A stretch of DNA of 63,676 nucleotides, the filler included. It is 10 parts of 10 records of this genome, joined end to end, with 100 filler letters (N's around TTAATTAATTAA, not from the genome) between each part and the next. Parts side by side here need not be neighbours in the genome. Positions count along the whole stretch, not along the records: positions 56,662 to 60,434 come from SRR7504441_124; positions 60,535 to 63,676 come from SRR7504441_146; 8 more parts are not named here. One strand, 5' to 3'. This document shows, in pieces, positions 56,662-63,676 of this stretch (position 1 is the stretch's first letter; each line of letters starts with the position of its first letter). The translations under genes were made by a program, and so were the position numbers. Below the pieces are notes generated by a model. That model was not told where the DNA came from. It saw only the letters and a list, made by a program, of their open reading frames with translations, and searched no databases.

Positions 56662-56730
56662 CATTTGGAAGACGCATAATTTTAGGATAACGACGGGCTG
56701 CGGCACGCGAACACCCGGGCTAGGGGCTCG

Positions 56731-59700
56731 ATGGGGGTGGAGGACCTGTGCCGGACGCTCGGTTCGGCGCTCAGCTGCAGCGGCTGGCTGGTGGCCTGCG
56801 GCTGCCGGGACAAGCCGCCCGAGAGCGAGCTGCCGCTGGGCGACTCGGTCAAGCACTGCCTGCTCACTCGGATGAGCAAGGTGCAGTACCGGGTGCATCT
56901 GGCCTTTTGGTGGGTTATGTCCGTTGGTCTACTGGTGGCGGTGGTGGTGGCCGAGCACATGATGGGCCAGGAGCTGGCCGGGACGGTCACCGAGCTGCAG
57001 GATGGGTACACGGAGCACGTTGCCAGCGATCCCTCCACCGACGGTTACTACTGCGCGCCGCAGAATTACGGGCAGCCCTCTGACGGCAGTTTCCAGCTGC
57101 TGAGCACCTACCCCTGGCTGTGCAGCAAGACCCCCGGGACCAAGTTCTACTCCAGGTACAGGGTGGTTGCTTATCCGTTACCGACCCAGGGCGCGCTGAG
57201 CAACACCCAGCAGCTGTGGCGGTGTTGGGATGAACTCCCGACGGACGACGGGCGCTCATCCCCAGGCACTTTGTGGAATAGACGGGACGCGAGGGTGCGC
57301 CGAGTGACGTTGTACATGAATCGATCGCTCCCCGGAGGCGGGTGGTGGGCAATGCCGACTGCTGACTCAAAGGTGACTGGATTCGTGGGCGAGATGATGT
57401 TTGTATACTGGGCGGCCTTTTCGCCTCCAGCCGACGCGCTCGGGTACTATGCAAACGTCACGTATTTTGATCCGTCCGAGTATGGAGTGATGGAAGAGTT
57501 TAGTAACAAGTGCCTGTATGGGGCTCCCAGTGCATCGAGCATCTTCATTGTTATCCTGGGACTCGTGAATTTCCTCACGTTCATGCTGCTGGTCGTGACC
57601 ACCCAGCTCTTCTTCTTCTTCCAGGGCACGGTCCGGGGTGCGTGGTCTCGGACCCTCGCACTGCAGCGGAACCTAATCATATTGCTGCTCTTCATTCTCC
57701 TCAGTAGCTCTGTAGAGATCTTCATGCCGTTAGCGCGAGAATGGACAGTTTTCCTCACGCTGCGAGTTCTGGACATCATCGGGCTGTGGGGCGCGGTCAC
57801 ACTCGTACTCAACTTCCCCTACTTGACCAAGCCGGTTTCATTACTGGACGAGCCTTGCTTCTGGATCGGATCTTACCTGGCCCCGCTTGCTATGTGGGTA
57901 ATTTACTGGCCCCAGGAACTGAGATTTGCTCATTGCCCCAGGTTCATTATCGATATATACGTAATTTTCACGTACGGCGAGGCTCTCTGGATGTATCCAT
58001 ACGCTGGGTCTACGTATGACGAGATGAACATGATTGATCTGGATCCTGGAGCCATAATCGTCCAGACTCAGATGCTGCTTGGGATACTGATTGGGTGGAC
58101 AATCTATCAAAACTATAAGCACGCCTATAGAGGCACGCTCGATTCGGAAGACTATGTGCAGCAAAGAGACTGGATCATTGCCAAGGCCTACTTTTGGAGG
58201 TTTGCACAACTTTATATTGCCGCTCTCAGCTACTGCTCTGCAGCGCCGCGCTTGGTGGATTCATTCTCGGCTACAGCGTATACATCGTCTGGCGCTGGAT
58301 GGCAACGAGCAAGGTCTACTTTGCGTTCGAATTCTTCTTTGCAAGGTGCGCTTCCTGGCAACCGGCTCCTCTCAGCCAGGGCTGCAGGGATAATCTAATT
58401 GTGACAGCCAGCAACTCATTGGTGCTGCACTTTTTTGTCTGGAACGTTGTGATTTGCACAGCCCCGATGGGCAACACTCAGTTCCTGTCAACGCTCACCG
58501 GCAAAGCTGACGAGGTGGCGGCTTTGTCCTGTTGGACTGATGAAGTGGCAGGCTAAAAAGCAAACACTGCTTCGATCGGTAGACTACTCGGTGAGTGGAT
58601 GTGCTTTGCCATGTTGAGCTGCTGTGGCAGGTCTTCTCTGTGTATTGTGCTTTCCGGAGACTCGTTCAAGTGGCCAGGCAGTCAGAGGGCGACTTTAAAG
58701 ACGACGTGTCCAAGAGAGACCGGGGTTACAAACATCACGTGCTGCCACCGATGATGTGCGTGCATGGAGAGCGGCTGGGGCTATGTGTGAAGTGCCCTGA
58801 AGGCAAGTGCAACCAGAGTACGGAGGGCGTCGAGCAACCATGGGAGTTGGTCTTTGATCCTCTGCTGTCTCGGGGCATGGCGCGCTTGTGCAACGAAGTG
58901 TATGAAAACTTTGTCACGGGTGGGCTTGTGAGCGGAGTGTCGTATTCACTAGCTTTGCGTGCAGATGAGGAGATGCCAAAGCGAGACGGGATAACAGTCA
59001 AGCAGCGGCTGAGCTGGATGCGCTTCGGCAAGCAGCTGCCGCAGAATCTCGACTGCAGGGACAAGACCACCCGGACTAACAGGCTCTCAGGGATCAGGAT
59101 GATCCATTTTGTGTCTGTGATCGAAGACGCGAAGGGTACACTGGTCGACGGAAACCTCGGCATGTTTGAAAACACTGTCATCAGGAACGGTCAGGAGTGC
59201 AAGCAGATGATCCTAGCTTTCCGAGGGACGGCCTCAGCACAGAACGCCAAGACGGATGTCGATTCTAGCCAGGTGTGGACGGCGAGCCGTGATGCAGAGC
59301 GCAGTGTGGTGGGCAGGTGCCATGGTACATGTTGGATCAGCTCCACCCAGAATGCCTCGAGGTACTGAATGCTAACGGACTACTGGACAAGCGAGACCTG
59401 CCGAGGGTGCATCAAGGGTTTGCTAAAGTTGCATGGGTTCTCGCAAACAAGGTGTGGCTGCAGGCACTTATTGAGCAGCCGAGCCTTTTTTGTGGCAGAT
59501 CTGTAAAAACTTCCGGGCAGTCCTCACAAGATGGAAAAAAGCCAACGCTGAGAACGTAGAGATCGTCTTCACCGGGCATTCGCTGGGAGGAGCGCTGGCA
59601 GTGCTGATGGCCACAGCATATGCAGCACATTTCATGACTGGATCTGGTCCACTTCGTTACGACATAAACGGTGACGGAATGCTCGACGAATACGAGCTGA

Positions 59701-60434
59701 CTGCTACACACGAGGCCCCAGCTGAACTCGGAGGCGAGTGGCCGAGATTTCAAGCTTCGCAGATCAAGCTTATCACATGTGCCCACAACGCCGCCTAGTT
59801 GTGCCCTGAGCCATCCGTGCTGCAGTCGGCCAGCCAAGGGTTGGGAATGTGGCCTTTACACGAATAGTCAAATATCTGGTGCGGCTTTGTGCTTTTTAGG
59901 TGCCAGTTGGGGGGAAACAGGTGCCAGACTATTGGCGGCTCAAGAACGAAGGAGACCCGGTACAGCTGGGAGCTCGTGCCTGTGGTGACCGGTTTCAGGT
60001 AACTGAGATTCCACAGCGACTGGCGCTAAACTTGGATACGATGATGCCCAAGTGCTACTGTGGCAAGAATGCTTACAAGCACACAGGACACCCTGTGCTG
60101 CTCAAGCCGGGCGGAAATCTAGTGTTTGCTCCTGTGCTTCTTGACGAGATGGCGTGCGCGCATGCGAGTGCGCACAGTATCGATTTGTATGAGCGAAACA
60201 TCGAGCTCTTCCTGGCCAGGCGACGCAAATGGCTCTGGCGGAAAGCGGTTTTCATTGCGAGGTTGGTGGTAAAACTGGCTAAGATGTGCAAGGACGGGGT
60301 CCACACGCATGAAGTCGACCAACATGTAGCCTTTGAGCTGAGAGAGGTGAAACCTAATCCGGTTGAGGATGTTTTTGCATTCGATGTGTCTGAGCAATAT
60401 TTCGAGGGATCTGCCACGGCGCATGGCGGCGACA
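56731..60434 (+). CDS. Multi-pass membrane protein fused to a class 3 lipase, with an EF-hand loop (3'-truncated)
   Basis: The N-terminal half has many TM helices. Then LAFRGT..AKTD, VHQGF, FTGHSLGGALA, TFGQPRVGN (spliced), NEGDPV, YKHTG and AHSIDLY. Confidence 0.82.
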
Positions 60435-60534
60435 NNNNNNNNNNNNNNNNNNNNNNNNNNNNNNNNNNNNNNNNNNNNTTAATTAATTAANNNNNNNNNN
60501 NNNNNNNNNNNNNNNNNNNNNNNNNNNNNNNNNN
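60435..60534. other. Artificial contig-join linker
   Basis: N44-TTAATTAATTAA-N44. Confidence 0.97.
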
Positions 60535-60556
60535 CTCACAAGAGTTATCTCTTAGT

Positions 60557-63500
60557 CTACGGGAGACACTCGACTCTCTCAGGCTGCTGCACTCCCTCTT
60601 GGGTGACTTCACCAATCACTGCTGTTTCTGGGTATCCCATTTCTTTGAGCTTGGCAATGCATTTGTCCGCATTTGCTGCAGGGACGCTCGCGAGCAGTCC
60701 TCCAGCTGTCTGAGGGTCGAATAGAAGTGGGTAGATCTCATGCTGCATTGCCTCTGCCTCGTTGACCAACCCGCGCTTGAGTCGTAAATTTGCAGGCTGA
60801 AGCGAGGACATGATGCCCATCGCAACACACTCGCGCGCACCCGGCAGTACAGGCACTTGTCCCATTTGAACCCGGACCTAAAGAGAGGTGCTCAGACTCA
60901 ACACCCTGTTGCAGCCGCACCTTGGTCGAGGATGCCTTGGCCATTTCGAAAAGATGGCCCAGCAGACCAAAGCCAGTGACATCAGTGCACGAGGTAGCGC
61001 CATGGTCACGGAGGCACTCGCCAGCTTGACGGTTGGACTTTTGCATGCCCTCAAGAGCCCGGGCCACATCACGCCCAACAGCTTGGCCTCGCATGTCGGC
61101 AGCAAACAAGGTGCCAGTCCCGATAGGCTTCGTTAGCACTAGTTTGTCTCCAGCATGCATCCCGCCCTTGGTCAGCACCTGGCCCCAAATGACAGCTGCG
61201 GCACCCAGGCAGCTACCTCGTCAGGATCCACCACCCCGTTGATCACAAAGCCCAGCGACAGCTCCACACCCTCACAGGTATGACCACCAACCAATGCGCA
61301 ATTAGCCTCTTTAAGGACATCACAGGCTCCGGCCATCATCTGATACAGTGTATCCTCCACCTTGTCCTCGACCCCGAAAGGTACAACAACAATAGCAAGC
61401 GCAGTCTGCGCCTCAGCACACCTGAACCCACACCGGTGGTTAGCAGTTAGAGGCTGAGTAGCACATTGCGTGAGCATCTGAGAGTGCGTGGTTGGCTGCC
61501 ACTCTTCCGAAAACAAACGCGTCGCCAATAAATGAGCGAAAGAAGTCCACAGTGTGCACCTGACCAGCCATCGCACGGCCCCACCAGCCAGTTGACCGTG
61601 GCTAGCTTGCCAGCAGGCGACTTGACCATGGCGCAGTCATCTGGTGAGTCCAGCCCAACGAGCACCACGTCGTCTCGCTTAGGCGCGTCGAGTTTAGCCA
61701 TCACTCTATCAGCCAGCGATGAGCCAGGCCTTGGCAAGGCTGATGCTACCGAGAGAGCACAGTGGCACCAACTTTAGCACCGCACCCGCCACAGCGCATC
61801 GAAATCTGGCCAGCCCGATGAATCAGCAATCTACTGCCTTGTGGATATGCCTTCTGAAGCGCAGCAAGCGCCTCGGCATCCACCGCTCGCTCGGCCAAAG
61901 TGGAGACCTGGTTCGGCGGCTGCCAATACATGAGCTCAGCTGGGCTGCAGGCCAGGCACCGGCTGCATGATGGGCAGGCCGCCTGTGTAGTTCCACATCC
62001 ATTTGCGATCAATCAGGTCTTTTAGCTCCCAGAGCCACTTGCCTTCCATCGTGATTGGCCCCTTTGAGGCAACACCGTACTCGTCCCCTGCCCAGTCAGT
62101 CAGTAAGCCGGTGCCACCACGCGGTGCGACCAGTCCCGACAATTCCGAGAAAGAGCTGTTGAGGTACAAATGGGACGAGCGCTTCGCCCAGCACAGACCG
62201 CCGCAGGTTGGCAGCCACTGGAGGGCCCTGCCGGACTGCAAATACCCCTGCCTTGGGCCGTGGGTGCTCGAGCACGGCCGCACAGTCGCCGCACGCGAAC
62301 ACGCCCTTGCTGTTGCACGATTCGAGCGTCGGGTTTACTGCAACGAACCCGTCGGGGCTGAGCTGCAGACCGGTATGCTGCAGCCACTCCTGCGCTCCTG
62401 CCTGAGTGCACCAGATGCACTCTCCGAACGGCACCTACCCCGGATTAGCGGAGGCAGAGGTTGGCGCACCTCGGTGCCGTCGTCGCAAACCACGTGGGTC
62501 TCTGTGACGTCCACAGCCGCCCGGCCGTACAGAACCTGCACGCCTCGAGATTCGAGGATCTTCTTGAACACGCCCTGCATGGTCGGGTTGTGTGAGGGCA
62601 TCAGCGTCTTGGAGCGCGAGATCACACTGAACTTGACTAGCTCCGGGTCCTTACCGGCCGCCTGCAGCTCCTTGCGCAGCCGGGCTTGCATCGAGAGGGT
62701 CAGCTCGATTCCGCCGGCGCCAGCCCCTACAACCACAAACTGCACTGGCTGCTCAATCGCCACCACCTGCAGCACAGCTCAGCCAACAGCCGGCCCCTGG
62801 CACACCCGCTGCACGATTTGGTCCCACCGGCCGGAGAACCCGTCGATTGGTTTGACTGGTGTGATCGCAGTCTCCCCGCCGCCAAACAGGAACTTCTTGG
62901 ACTGCACACATCCAGCCGTCACGCTCAGCCGCCGCCGGGTGCGCGCCTCGATCACGCGCGGGGCCGAGCCGATGTTTATGGAGAGCACGTCGTAGGGGAT
63001 CGGCGGGCGGTCTCCGGTTAGGCGCACCAGTCGATTCTCGCGGTCGACTCCGCTGGCCTCAGCGTGCACCAGCCGGACCCCTGCCCAGCGGGCCAGCTTG
63101 CCCAGGTCAATGTGGCACTCGTCCTTGGTGTACAGCCCGGCCACGTGCCCCGGGAGCATCCCCGAGTACGGGGTGTGCAGGTCGCGGGTGATCAGGGTGA
63201 CCCGGACCCCATCTTCGGGGTTCATTCCGAAGTTCTTGAGCACGAACGCGTGCGAGTGCCCCCCGCCCACCAGCACAATGTCCTTGACCACCGGCGACGG
63301 CATCATCGGGTTGGGCGGCGGCATGAAGAAGCGCCGGCGAATCCTGCGCGCCCGGTCGGCCCGGTCGGCGGGCGTGGCGCACCGCTCGTGCAGCGGCAGC
63401 GGGATGGGCTGGGGCGGGGGGTTGATCCGGCCGGTGGTGGCGTCCGACTTGAGGTTGGCGTACAGCGCCAGCAGCGTGCCCTTGGTGTGCCGGGTCACCA

Positions 63501-63675
63501 CCCTGTCCCGGCTGGTTCGGCGGGGCGCGGCCGGGCACCACTGCGGGGCGACGGCCAGGAAGGCGGCCTCGATCCGGCCGAAGATCGGGCCGACCAGCGG
63601 GGTGTCCGGCTTTATGAACATGGAGAGCAGGACCACGGCCACCGCCACAGCCACTGGTGCAAGAGCCCAAAGCAT
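60557..63675 (-). CDS. selD: Selenophosphate synthetase fused to an N-terminal NADH-dehydrogenase-like flavoprotein, multi-exon
   Basis: Oxidoreductase part: [45 protein letters not shown]. SelD part: [47 protein letters not shown]. Confidence 0.92.
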
Positions 63676-63676
63676 G

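Noticed and set aside
5986-60534. Nine regularly recurring TTAATTAATTAA motifs as a biological repeat or CRISPR-like array
   Set aside because: Each is centred in an identical 100-nt N-padded block. They are artificial six-frame-stop contig linkers, and ORFs running into X residues are artefacts.
61746-61830. Selenocysteine (UGA) recoding in SelD
   Set aside because: The active-site motif reads MRCGGCGAK with ordinary Cys codons, and the nearby stops I checked fall within inferred introns.

Overview
This is eukaryotic, protist-like genomic DNA, not prokaryotic. The window is 10 unlinked contigs joined by nine identical 100-nt artificial linkers (N44-TTAATTAATTAA-N44), so nothing can be inferred about synteny across linkers. 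The genome is very compact. Genes mostly alternate strands as head-to-head pairs only 50-170 bp apart. Introns are uniformly tiny (about 36-48 nt) and often use GC-AG. Recognisable genes: sterol-desaturase family, double RWP-RK transcription factor, peroxisomal SLC25 carrier, EF-hand protein, LRR-HlyIII fusion, ABCC transporter, a 2574-aa secreted coiled-coil protein, alpha/beta hydrolase, QSOX, a ~2900-aa multi-Ig/ASH-like protein, ribokinase, BET bromodomain protein, DHHC-family acyltransferase, sulfatase, NSUN2, beta-lactamase-family hydrolase, MFS transporter, Argonaute, membrane lipase-3 and an oxidoreductase-SelD fusion. Two loci stand out. (1) An Argonaute, reconstructed by hand across its introns, has an RRM inserted inside PAZ, an apparent tandem duplication of the L2/N-MID segment and a degenerate slicer tetrad. 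(2) A non-LTR retrotransposon ORF (RRM-like, APE, RT) has an archaeal-like RNase H inserted in frame between RT region 0 and RT motif 1. All domain calls come from motif recognition by eye, and intron boundaries are inferred without transcript data. The taxon cannot be determined from this window.
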